From: Camelus ferus
Taxonomy: Eukaryota
Reading direction: 5' to 3'
Length of the DNA stretch: 64,000 bases
Assembly (NCBI RefSeq): GCF_009834535.1
Contig: NC_045696.1
Coordinates: 37,698,001-37,762,000, forward strand
The translations under genes were made by a program, and so were the position numbers. The notes beneath the pieces were generated by a model. That model made no database searches and was not told where the DNA came from. It saw only the letters and a program-made list of their open reading frames with translations. Positions 12,570 to 24,746 of this stretch are shown here, piece after piece (positions within the stretch are counted from its first letter, which is position 1; each line of letters begins with the position of its first letter).

Positions 12570-12835
12570 GAGATAGTGCATAGTGACAAAAGTCGGTGGA
12601 AAAAAAGTTGGATTGGGGTTGCCACTCTGTGACTTTTTACCTGTCTCATCTTAGCCTCCATAAACCTGTGTTTATTTACAGATAAAATGCAAATAATGAG
12701 AGCACTGCCTTATTGCACTGCAGAGAAAAATCAAATGCATTAAGCATTCAAAGTTCTGTTGTAAAAAATCAAATGCATTTGCATGCAAAGTTTTTAGCAG
12801 TATGCCTGGGATATAACAAAGGGTTTACTAACTAA
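12570..12835 (+). mobile_element. MIR SINE, degraded
   Basis: tgtgact..taaaatgcaaataat..atgcaaagtttttagcagtatgcctggga resembles the MIR core and tail. Confidence 0.6.
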
Positions 12836-15800
12836 TAATAATGATACAACGATATACCAATAATAATAATTGGTATTAAATCAAGAGCAAATCCATGAGT
12901 AATACATTTTAGGTGTTTAAGTCCATAAAGTTAAGTCATCAGTGTGCAGTGGCGTATTTCACAAAGACTTAATAGTAAAAAGGGTTGGGGAATTAATGGT
13001 GTTAATAGTTACCAAAACCAATACAAATCCAGAATTCAGCCTCTCTTCTTGGTTTTTCTCACAGGCTCTGCTTTGCTTTTAAGTCAGCAATCTATGAATC
13101 ATCCTTACAAGTTAACAAGGTTTTCTGGTAAATCATTGAGGGCATATTCTCCTTGAAATACTGCTGCTCATATACGCAGCTAGTTTATTTGGATCATATA
13201 AATTCTTTAGTCTAATTGGATAAAGGGTGAAATATTACTCAAAATGAAAAGGAAAAATGATCTTTATGCACCAAAGAACAAAATTCAATGTGGTATTCAA
13301 TATAATGTTTAAACCACTTTTACCGATAATTTGAAAGAATATTGAATGTACTAAAGGTGAAGAACAGATTTATCCATCAGTTCTTCATCAGAGCAATATT
13401 ATACCTTCTCATCCATTTCAATTTGTGTCTTTTACTTAGTCATATCATCTAATTAGTTACAATTAAACCCTGATCTGTGGTCTTTACAAGAGCCATGAAA
13501 AAAGTTTAAATAATTCAAGTTCAGTTGTAAAATTGCAATAGGCCAGGGTAGATTTTAAATTTGAAATTCAATTTTAACCTGGTCAGCCTATAATAGAGAG
13601 CATAATGGAAGTGCTGTGCCACCAGAGATGTTTTATTATTTATCATGGAATGTAAATGACATGCTACACACCGTCTACGTAAGCAATTCACAGAAACTGT
13701 ATTATGGGCATGAGAGTCATTCATTAGAGTAGGTGTTTGACTTGCACTGGAGGGTGAAAGTTTGTGCCGCTCTGTGAACTTTTATTTATTTGTTTATTTA
13801 TTTATCTCCACCAAGGTCACTCCAAATGTTCACTGCTGTCAAATGAGCTGTTAGCATATAATAGAGGCACTTCACTAGAAGTTCATTTTCCTCCTGCCTT
13901 TACTTTGTGCACATTCATCATGTTGACACTTTTTTTTTTTAACCACGCTAAAATCAAGTTTAGTGAATCAGCCCTGGATCTAGGCCACCTCCCTCAAGTT
14001 AGAAAAGGTACAGTGATAAGTTTAAGTATCTTGCCAGGAGGACCAAAGGACTCAATCCAAATATGGCACTGCCCTTGTGCATGTATCCTATTTTGTAGTC
14101 TGGAGACTGCTATTTCTATATTCTAGAATTGATTATACTTTAGGAGGAAACATAGCCGTAGAATACATTGATACTAAAGTAAATAAATTTACTTCATATA
14201 GTTTAAAAGTATTTTATTCATTTAAAAGTAAATGCAAACTTTTTCACAAATTGCAATGCTTATATTAGCCAAAGCAGTAACCCTTCCTAATATCACTCCA
14301 AAGGGAAAACCAAATTAATAATTAACAGAATGCTTATGAAGTCTCAATCTAAAGCAAGGAGAAATGACTTTGGAGAAATATTCCACCCAGGCAATTATGA
14401 GGCTTGTTAAAGTAGTTCTATCGTTTTTCTGAGAACACAGTGTCTCTTTAGCCTGGATTTTGCTGAGTAAGTTGTTCACTTCTGACTTTTAAGTCTTCCC
14501 TTCTCTATGATTCACTCTGAAAATTTTCTTTAATCACATATTAATTTTTGAGTCAGGGTTTAATAGGATAAATTAAATTTCCCATGTGATGTTATGATGT
14601 TATAATCATATTCTAATTGTGCTTCTTTGAGATTAAAATTAGGTCACTTTGATTAGAGTTCTGGGAATCTAAGACTTTACAATTTCCTGTATTTAGCCAA
14701 TTGGTGGCTAACCACATTTGTGCGTGGATTTTAAGTGTAAACCTCAGGGTTATCCATTGCCTCTGTAACAGTGAAAATGTTTATGGGACCCTAGATTGAG
14801 TACAAAAGGTATTAGAATTCCAAAACCTTAAAAAAAATGGAAATTTCAGTGTATTCCTAAGATATCTTAAAAATACAAGAGCCTGCCATGAGACTAAGAC
14901 AAAGGTGAAAATAAATAATATTTTTACTGTGTAAGGCAACACAACTTCTATGACAGTAAGATCTAAAATGTCCAGCAGTTAATGAGTGACAAAGTAAATA
15001 AACACAATTCTCATTTCTGAAATCATTTCATAATGGAAATTGACTCAACATTTTTGAATTAGGAAGGAGAAATATCTCAAAAAATATACCCAAACATCAA
15101 AAATGATTATTATTTATTGGGGTATCATATATTGAATTTATGAGTTTCTGGATCTCCTGTGGTCTTTAAGGCAGACTGATAAACATCAATTCTTAGTGCA
15201 TTAGATGGAAACAACAGCTAAAACATTTTCCTTTAAAACCATATTTTTCATCACTCTTTGAGTACTTCCTTAATATTTGGGACAAAGATTTCCCACACTC
15301 ACTATGTACTTTTCTTGTTATTAATGAACATTAAACATCAAAATTAACTCAAATCTTTATTTTAAATATTATATTACATGTGCTATAGTATATATTACAT
15401 GCACATGCTAATGTACACAACCAGATACACATTCTGTAATATTTAAGGCATAAATATCATCTTTCAATTAATACTGTGTGTTCCCATGGGACACACAGAA
15501 AAGTAATATAAAACAGAAGTGTGTTTTAACACATAATTATATTTAAAATAATCATTCAGAGGGAGCATTCTACTCTGGGGAAAACTAAGGGCAATTTCTC
15601 AAGACATTATATATTTAATTGTACAATTAAATTTCACAAAGCAGTACTTAATTCAAGCTTTCCCCTTCCTCTATATATGTAATATAAAATATATGTGTGA
15701 CAAAGCAATATATGATATATGTGTAACATAGAAATATATCTATATGTTTATCTATATCTATTTGTTAAATACAGTCTGTTATCTAAACATTAATATAGAA

Positions 15801-16539
15801 GAGTAGATTGATTTAAATAGTTCCAGTTCCCCACCTTCAACACCTATGCATCAATTTGCTACATTAAATAAACCATGGATTATAAACTATGAAGTCTCCT
15901 ATTTTTAACTGGCAAGAATGCTAAAGAAAACTTAAAAGTAGATGCAGTGCAGAAATAATCTTTCTTAATTTGGTACATCACATATCAAGTAGGATTAATA
16001 GGCCATTAGCCTTTGCATTTATTATAATGCTCTGACATTTCATCTATCAAATTTGAGTTCCATCAGGAAGGTGAAAACAGCACATCTCCTTCAATTTATC
16101 TTGTGATACAGTATAAGATGGCAAGTTGTTATTTTGTTCATTAACTTACAAAAGAGTTAAAATTTCTATAAATAGAAACTTTAATAAATGTTCAAGATCA
16201 TTTACCAAGCTGAAATGAACCTGCATTCCAATAGCTGCTCTACCTCCAGATATCCATAAAGCTTTGACATTTGATAAGGGAAAATATTTGATTAAAAACT
16301 TTTTTGTAAAGTATTTTATATTCTGGTTGGGGCATACCTATTAATTACCAGCCCTGTATCATGTCCAGTATGAAATAAAAATGAGAAGAATTTAAAGGAA
16401 GCTGGTTTCTTTGGTTTGTAGTCCACTTTATCTCAAACTTAAAAAAATGAATTATATTCAGAATTAGCAGAGGAGAATAGAAACAGAATGATTACCAGTT
16501 TTTGTTTGCAACAAACATTTGCATCATTTTACTTTTTAA

Positions 16540-16768
16540 ATAATTATTTATTATCAAATATGTATTAAATTTTTATAGTGTGCTAGGATAGATTCTGGTA
16601 ATATACTGACACATGCAATAATGAAGTATAATGCATGGCATGGAGTTAGAAGGTGACCAGAGGTGCGTGGCACTGTAGACAAAGTGGTCAGAACAGGTCA
16701 TATTTGAGCAGCAAACCTGACTGGAATGAGGGAGTTAGACATGAGACTATCTAGCATAAGAGTGTTTT
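16540..16768 (-). mobile_element. L2 fragment, left half (split by L1)
   Basis: gtggtcagaacagg..atttgagcagcaaacctga..tgagggagttagacatg resembles antisense L2 and continues past the L1 at ~18161. Confidence 0.7.
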
Positions 16769-18161
16769 ATTTTATTCCTTTTAATTGAAGTATAATCAGT
16801 TTACAATGTATCAATTTCTGGTATACAGCTTAATGTTTCAGTCATACATATAATACATATATTTCTTTTCATATTCTTTTTCATTATAGATTACTACAAG
16901 ATTTTGAATACAGTTCGCTGTGCTATACAGTGAAGCTTGTTGTTCATCTACTTTATATATAGCAGTTAATTTTTGCAAATCTCGAACTCCCAATTTATCC
17001 CTTCCCACTCCCTTTGCCCCTAGGAACCATAATATTGTTTACTGTCTGTGAGTCTGTTTTGTAGATAACTTGATTTGTGTCTTCTTGTTTTCTTTTTTTT
17101 TAGATTCCATATATGAGTGATATCATATTCTATTTTCCTTTCTCTTTCTGAGTAGTATTTAATCATATAAATATACCAGAGTTTCTTTATCCAGTCATCG
17201 GTCGATAGACATTTAGGCAATTTCCATGTCTTGGCTATTGTAAATAGACTGTATGTATCTTTTGAAATTACAGAGTCCCCTCCAGATATATGCCCAGGAA
17301 TGGGATTGCTGGATCATATGGTAAGTCAACTTTCAGTTTTTTGAGGAATTTCCATATTGTTTTCCATAATGGCTGCACCAAACTACATTGCCAGCAACAG
17401 TGTAGGAGGGTTCCCTTTTCTCCACAGCCTTTCCAGCATTTATCATTTGTGTACTTTTGAATGATGGCCATTCTGACTGGTGTGAGGTGCTACCTCATGA
17501 TAATTTTGATTTGCATTTCTCTGATAATTATCGACATTGGGCATTTTCCCACGTGCCTATGGGCCATTTGTATATATTCATTGGAGAATTGCTTTTTTAG
17601 GTCTTCTGACCATTTTTGGATTGTGTTTTGTGGTTGTTATTGTTGTTATTGTGTTGTATGAGCTTTTTATATATTCTGGAAATTAAGCCCTTGTCAGTAG
17701 CATCATTTGCAAATATTTTCTCCCATTCCATAGGTTGTCTTTTTGTTTTGTTTATGGTTTCCTTTGCTGTGAAAAGCTTGTAAGTTTTATTAGGTCCCAT
17801 TTGCTTATTTTTGCTTTTATTTCTATTGTCTGGATAAACTGTGTTAGGAGAACATTGCTAACATTTATGTCAGAAAACACTTTGCCTATGTTTTCTTCTA
17901 GGAGGTTTATAGTGTCTTATCTCATGTTTAAGTCTTTAAGCCATTTTGAGTTTATTTTTGTGTATGGTGTGAGGGAGTGTTCTAACTTCATTGATCTACA
18001 TGCAGATGTGCTGTTTTCCCAACACCACCTGCTGAAGAGACTGTCTTTTCTCCATTGTATTTTCTTGCCTCTTTTTCAAAGATTAATTGACTGTAAGTCT
18101 TTGGGGTTTTTTTGTTTGTTTGTTTTTCTGGGCTCTCTATTCTGTTCATAAGAGCATTTTA
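16755..18161 (-). mobile_element. 5'-truncated L1 (ORF2 3' part plus 3' UTR) with 14-15-bp TSD
   Basis: T-rich tail at left; minus-strand ORF2 peptides ([19 protein letters not shown]). TSD cataagagTGtttta (16755-16769) and cataagagCAtttta (18147-18161). TTTT|AA endonuclease site. Confidence 0.95.
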
Positions 18162-18275
18162 AGCAGTGGGAAAGGCATGAGTAAGGTCATGGGGCAGGAG
18201 CAGAATTGTCATATTTGAGGATCAGCAAAAATGCAATACAACAAAGAATGGGAAGAGATTAGACTAGAGAAGTCG
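18162..18275 (-). mobile_element. L2 fragment, right half
   Basis: gcagtgggaaaggcatgagtaaggtcatggggcagga continues the L2 sequence interrupted at ~16768. Confidence 0.65.
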
Positions 18276-18779
18276 CATGTGTCTCCTTACCCCACCCTTA
18301 CACACAAATCCTGTTATATTTCAGTCAGAATTGTTTCTTTTTTTGTATAAAATAATTTTCATGGCAAAGCTAGTTTGGAATAAATAGGAATGCAGATAAA
18401 ATATCCAAAGAGTAGATTGTTATAAAAGTGCTTAATCCAAACAACCAACTTATTCAGTGATCCTAGTTAATCTTACAGTTAATCTAACGGACAAAAATTA
18501 GAAACCATTAAGAAATGAATTGTGCTTCATTCTTGAACTACCACAGTGTATATTTTTCTCTGTATCTTACTTTTTTGGGGGGTGGGGGTATTAAAATTAG
18601 AAAAAGTCCAGGGCAATCATCATACCACCCTCCTTAAATCCTTCAGGGGCTCCAGACTGCTGGCATTCCACTTCCTCTAACTCTCCAATCTTACCTCACA
18701 TGCTCTCACTTTATAAGTACATTCAGAATACTAAGCTCAAACATATATGATGTGCCAATGTCCTCAAAAGAAAAAAAAA

Positions 18780-19330
18780 AGTTATTCAAATTCACCTGTA
18801 TTTGAATGAATTTGGGTTTGTTGACTTATTTCAAGGATGATATATGCACATTATTGGAATCAATGGGCTTCTCAGTAACAGAGTCTACTTATATAGCAAT
18901 TGTTTTGTGTTGAGTTTTAGGAAGCAGGGTAATCTATACTGAGTATTATGAGGATGCAGAGATAATACTCTGATTATCTTACTATTTCTTATCTAGAGGA
19001 TAGGAAGTGTAATGCGAAGCTAAAGTTGTTATCAATAAGGAAGCAGCAGTAACTTGAATCAGCCAGATACGGGAATATTTGGTCATTTTTGCAGTTTGGG
19101 CAACATTACTGTTTTCTGTAAATTTGTTCACAAAAAAGGAGTGACCTTGTTTTGTCTTGATCCATTGAGTTTCTAGAGGAGTCCTGTCTGATGCTGATGT
19201 TTCATCCTTTATGGAGAAGAGCACCATGGGCATAGCTGTGAGTTCCATACAAGTTCTCAGCAACACCATAGCCTTGATGAAGTCCAAGGCCAGCTCCTGG
19301 CTCTCAGAGGCTACTTTCTATTCCTTTAAT
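18780..19330. mobile_element. Probable ancient LTR (family not assigned)
   Basis: gctaaagttgttatcaataaggaagcagcagt..tttggtcatttttg..gagtgaccttgttttgtcttg..cctgtctgatgctgatgtt resembles recalled old ERV LTRs. Confidence 0.45.
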
Positions 19331-19429
19331 GAGCTTGTCAGGTTTGGGAAACAAAGAGTTTTTCTGGCTTCATGGAAACCCTCAACAATTCTTCCTATTT
19401 TCTAAAAGTGACTATTTAAGATCCATATC

Positions 19430-21240
19430 CAATGTTCAGAAGAAATCAATGAAGAAGACATCTGAAGTTGCAGATTTCTTTGGAGAAGTCTTTTGATTAT
19501 AACCATATTTATAAATTAGTATTAAGATTTCAGATTTTCTACTGTTCTTTCCTTTTTTAAAAGTTATGTATTTTCAGAAAATTGTCCATTTCTTCCAAAT
19601 TTTCAAATTATTGGAAAAAGCTGTTTCAAACATAATATTATATTTAGTATCCATTTTCATGTTTGGGGATATTTCAATTTTATTTTATTTTAAATTCTTT
19701 TTTGGGGGTAATTAAGTTTAATTATTTGTTAATGGAGTCACTGCGGATTGAACCTAGGACCTTGTGTATGTTAAGCACACACTCTACCACTGAGCTATGC
19801 CCTCCTCCCTCATTTTTATATTTGGTACTTTTTTTCCTGTTTTCTCTTACGTTTTTTTCTGATTATTCTGCTAAATGATCAATGTTTTCAGTCATTTCAA
19901 GGAATCGGATGTGGCTATGTTGTTTCTTCAGGATATATTTGTTTTCTATTCTATTATTTCCTTCCTCTAAGTTCAGTGGGTATAATTTCCAGTTTCTTTG
20001 TTTTCTAACTTCTTAAGATGGAGATACAGAAAATTTTAAAGATATTCTTGTCTAACTTATGCATTAAGGCTATAAATTTTCCTCCTGGTTTACCATAAGC
20101 TTTGATATTCTTTTTATTAATTAATTCAAACCAGTTTATAATTGCATTCGGTTTTCTTCCTTGATTGTGAGTATTTAAAAGTGTATTGCTTAACTTTCAA
20201 GCATTTGGTGATTCCTCAATTACCATGTTGTAAACTTCTGGTTTAATTTTCTATTGCCATTGACCATTCTATAAACACTTTGTTCTGAGGTTTCACATTT
20301 TTTGAGTCTTACCATCCACTATATGATCATGAAAAGATACGTATATGAACATGAAAAGATGTGCATTTTGTCCCTGTCAGTTGCAGTGTTCTGTATATGT
20401 CACGTAGAGCTTAACTGTTACTCAGAACCGCTTTAAATTGCTAATTTTCTTTCTGTTCATTCTCTAGGTATGATGTGTTTTTTTTTTCTACTTTTAGTTT
20501 TATTGATTTTTTTCCTTAAATATTTTAAGATTGTTAAAGTACATGCAAGTTTTAAAACAGAATATTCTTCAGACTGATGATTCCTTTCCCATCAAGTAGT
20601 TTCTCTGTCTCTGCCAGGCCACTAGGTGGTCTCTCTATCACCGGAAGTGCATTATGCTTTAAAGTCTACTTTATCAGCTCTTCTGCAGACAGTGATTTAA
20701 TTAAGTACATTTCTCTGTCCTTTTTTTTTTTTGAGTGTAATATTTTATATTTATTTTGTGTATTTTTTGTATATCTAAATAACTATGTCTCGATTTTTAA
20801 AATGTATTTACTTTTTCTAAGGATTCAATTTGCTCACTTTATTCTGAATCCACCAGAGAAAGGGCAACTCTGTTACTTCAATTAATGTAATTTCTTGATA
20901 ATTTGTCAAATGAGAGACAGAGATTATTTTTGAAAGTTTCTTTATTGTCAGCTGTTATAAGATTTCTTTCTATATTGAGAATAAAAAAGAGTTTAAAGCA
21001 TTTAGAACGTCCTTTTATTTTCAACCATTCTTTATGTGTAAGCTATGTATCTTGTAAGGTGTATATATTTATTTTAAACCAATCTGAAAATCTTAGTTTT
21101 ACAATAGGAGTTTTTAATACATTTACATTTAAAGAAGTGACTGATACATTTGAGATTCACACCTACCAATTTCCCATTGATTTCTATTTCTGTCACCTAT
21201 TCTATGTCCCATTCTCTTCTTGCCTCTTGAGGTCATTTTA
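19430..21240 (-). mobile_element. Highly degraded old L1 (L1M)
   Basis: T-rich antisense L1 texture with aaattgtccatttcttc, ctataaattttcctc and catgaaaagatgtgcattttg, comparable to the young antisense L1 at 7240-7970. Confidence 0.7.
19698..19809 (-). mobile_element. tRNA-derived SINE (camelid Vic-1-like)
   Basis: Minus strand reads GGGAGGAGGGCATAGCTCAGTGGTAGAG..GGTCCTAGGTTCAATCC..CTCCATTAA..TAATTACCCCCAAAAAA. A box at 19787-19797, B box at 19745-19754. Possible TSD tcaattttat / tcatttttat. Confidence 0.9.
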
Positions 21241-21314
21241 ACTAATCAGTATGTAGATATCACCAAATTTATAAAGTCGTGCTTGATTTATTAAAATCTG
21301 ACATGTAATAGGTT

Positions 21315-21500
21315 GTGACTGGTAGAGTACAAAGATGGTTTTTATCAATTATTTTCCTTCTTTACACACATGGCACTTCATACATCTAGATGTGAGTTTA
21401 GCCTGTTCTTGCAACTTACCTTGACTACACACTGTGGCAGAAGGGACACTACAGCTTCAAACCTAGCTCTTAAAAGTACTGTGAGATTACACCTTCTTCC
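21315..21500 (+). mobile_element. Degraded MaLR LTR 5' fragment
   Basis: aaagatgg..ttgact..tgtggcagaagggacact..cttcaaacctag resembles MLT1F/H. Confidence 0.5.
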
Positions 21501-21504
21501 TCCT

Positions 21505-22005
21505 GGATCCAGAGCATTGACAACACCAGATATCAGTAAGGATGTGGAGAAACAGGAACTTTCATTTGTTGTTGGTGAGAATGAAAAACGGTACAGTCAC
21601 TTTGGAAGACAGTTTGGCAGTTTCTTACAAAACGAAACATACTTTTATTAGATAATGTAGCAACCACGCTCCCTGGTATTTACCGGGGTTTGGGCAGAAT
21701 TGATGGGACACAGAGGATTTTAAGGGCAGTGAAAATACTCTTAAGAAATATTATAATTAGCATATCTATCATTTACATTTGTTTCAATCCATAGAATGTA
21801 TATTACCAAGAGTGGGCCCAAAGGTTAACTACGGATTTTGAGTGACTACAATGCATCAATATACATTTATCAATTGTAACCAATATATCACTTCGGTAAG
21901 GAATGCTGATAATAGAGGAGGCTATGCATGTGTGGGGGCAGGTGGTATGTAGAAATATGTATAGTTTCCTCTCAACTTTTCTCCTAAAACTGTTCTAAAA
22001 AATAC
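21505..22005 (+). mobile_element. Old L1 3' fragment (L1MC-like) with internal deletion
   Basis: aaggatgtggagaaacaggaact..ttggaagacagtttggcagtttcttacaaaac..ccatagaatgta..gaggctatgcatgtgtggggg. Confidence 0.8.
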
Positions 22006-23709
22006 ATGGAGTTTTTTAAAAATTGGAATGCCTACAATAGGACCAATGACTGCAAATTAGTGGTTGTCCTTTTCTGGTGTACTAATTAACACTGGCCAAA
22101 TATGGAAAAAAAATTCCCCCTCAAAGTAGGGGAATCTAGTCCTCTGAATACTTTCAATCAGATACTAGATGGACATTAGTTTGGAGAATGGAAAAGGAAT
22201 CCTGTATTTAGTGGCAGAGCAGAACCAGAAAAAATTATTACAGACACAAACAGAACTTGCCAATATTAAATTATCCTTATATAACAAGTGAGTAATGTAA
22301 TTCTTTGAGCTAGAGTATTTAATTTTGTCTGGAAGAGAATGGTGAGTAAGTAAGAAACCATACCAAAGTACAGCATCATTTCTACAAATGCATCACTGAG
22401 ATATTTTTAACTGTGACATTTTCATTAATCTATGTTGTAAATTAAGGAAAGGTAAGGCATAATGAATTTTATATAGCTTGATTAAGTACCTGAATTCTGG
22501 ATTAAACTCATTAAATTAGACTAATAATTTAATGACTGCTAATATAACTTCAAAGAAAAAACTTAAATAGGATTTACAATTTTAGCAGCATACAATTTCA
22601 AAGCAAGAATGAATCTTAATTCATTAATATTTTCTTTGTAACAGTTCTATAACATTCACTTATATATGTTTTTACATAACAGATTATAATTATAATGGTT
22701 AAATTTTGTATTCAACCTGTTCTTTCTTATATTTTCACTAAATATTTTAATTGAAATATGATACCTAATGAATAATAGTAACATTATATTATATAATACT
22801 AACAAAAAGCAACGCTCATTATGTTTTATCAACTATCTACATTCAGCTTAATCTGTAGGGTGAGTTAAACATTCCGGTTTCTATTTTTACTCATGATTTA
22901 TATTCAGGAAATAGAAAGTTTTAACTCACAACTTTGAGTCACTGGAAAAGACAGAAGAATGAACTGATAACATCAGAGAACTCTCAATCTTCAAATCAAA
23001 GCTGATAATAGTATTATGAAAATCTGTTCTTACTTTCATCAAATAGTCAACATTTAATACAACAAGCATGATCTAAATTTAAAGATTTTAAGATGCGAGA
23101 CAGTGACTAATGGATTCCTAATTAATTTTTCTTTCTTTAGTTCTCTAAAATATTTATTTATGCTTTTTTATGGAAATACAATTTTTAAAGATGCCCAATA
23201 ACATATTTATGGATTTTTTAACCTCCAATCCAGTTAATATGAAATACTGGGGAAATCCTGTGTTGTGTTTTGGATCCCTCTTGAGCGTTTAAAAAAAATT
23301 CTAATATCTTATTCTAAAATCATTGTGTTTTGAGCCAAGTATGAAAAGTTCAAATTTTTGAGATACTGAATATATTCCTGAGATAAGACACTTGAACAAA
23401 ATTATTTGGAATTATATTGCACATATCAATTTTTCAGGCACAGACTCTGATGTAAAAAAAAAGTAATTTTATTTTTCTCTCTGCTTTAATCTAGTTTTCT
23501 ATTTTGAACTTCTGTTCTTCTGCACTGAATATTTAAATGAGCTATTTCCAAAAAAACTCCGTCTGATTTCAGTGATTACTCAGTCATATCAGGTTTATAG
23601 CTGAGTCATATTCAGGTGCAAAACACGTTAGATTTTTTATATTTTTCTCATTTTTCTATACAGAAAGAAATTCACATACACACACGTATTTCTCTCTCTC
23701 CCTCTTTTT

Positions 23710-24080
23710 TTGCAAATAATTTTGAACACCTACTAATGTTTTAGACACTGGAGATACAGATGCTAAGAAGTCAGTTGTAGGTCTTAATTTTATAAGACAT
23801 TATTTTGGAAAGGAGACAAAAAGCAAATAACTAAACAGATAGACAAGTAAGACAAATTTCACAGTACTCTGTAAGTGCTGTAAAAGTGAAGGTCATGAAG
23901 AATGGAGAGGAATCTATTTTGGAGATAAATACAGTAAGACTACTGACAAGATAAAATAAATGGAAATAAATATAACTACTACATTTTACTAAGAGTTTAA
24001 TGGCTAGTTATGAAACTTGAAAAATTAAGAAATAGTAGTTTGGTTTCAGAAGAGAATCAAGAATTCTGTTTATAAAGTTT
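23710..24080 (-). mobile_element. L2 fragment, degraded
   Basis: caaataattttgaacacctacta..tagacactggagatacag resembles the antisense L2 3' end. Confidence 0.55.
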
Positions 24081-24309
24081 AATAGTCATTTTAGTACTTG
24101 ATTTTTGTTTTGTGTTGTGTTGAAATTGAGTCATAAAATTAACAGAACCACAGAGCCTTGTTATTTATTTCATTTAGGGATGATTGACAGGAAAAACACA
24201 AAAGGTAGCAAATTTTCTAACTTTTTACTATCAACGAGAACATAGAAACAAAGAGCGGATGTTGAATAGATTAAGCTAAGAGTTATTAATATTAAGAGTA
24301 TTATGTAAG

Positions 24310-24746
24310 TTTTTGTTCTTGTTCAACTGCTAAAAAGAGAAAACCAAAAACAGTAATTTAATTAAGAGAGGACTTTATTTTTCTCTCAAATAAAATGAGC
24401 CAGGAGGTAGGCAATAACATGGTAGCCTGGCACTTTCATGATGTTAGCAAGGATTCAATCCAAAGTCCTTTGGATTTCCTGCTGCACCATTCTTTGTGTG
24501 GCCTTCCATACTCAAGGCGCCTCCTCCTAGATGAAATACAGTTATTGTGGTTTTAGCCATAGTGTTTGTGATACAGGCAGGAGGAAGAAAACTGTAGATG
24601 GGAGAAAAAAGGACCTTTATATAAATAAGGAAACCTGTACTTTTAAGATCTCCTGAAAACCGTATCAGACAATATCTGCTACTTACTATTAAACAGAACC
24701 CAATTTCAAGAGCAATCACATATGGCCAAAAACCAGAGAATCAAGA
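24310..24746. mobile_element. Old MaLR LTR (MLT1J/K-like), truncated by L1
   Basis: aacagtaatttaattaaga..tttatttttctctca..ccaggaggtaggca..ttcctgctgcaccattct. Confidence 0.55.

Noticed and set aside
19720..19809. Possible tRNA gene
   Set aside because: The acceptor stem is not intact and a SINE tail with an A-rich end follows, so it is a tRNA-derived SINE.
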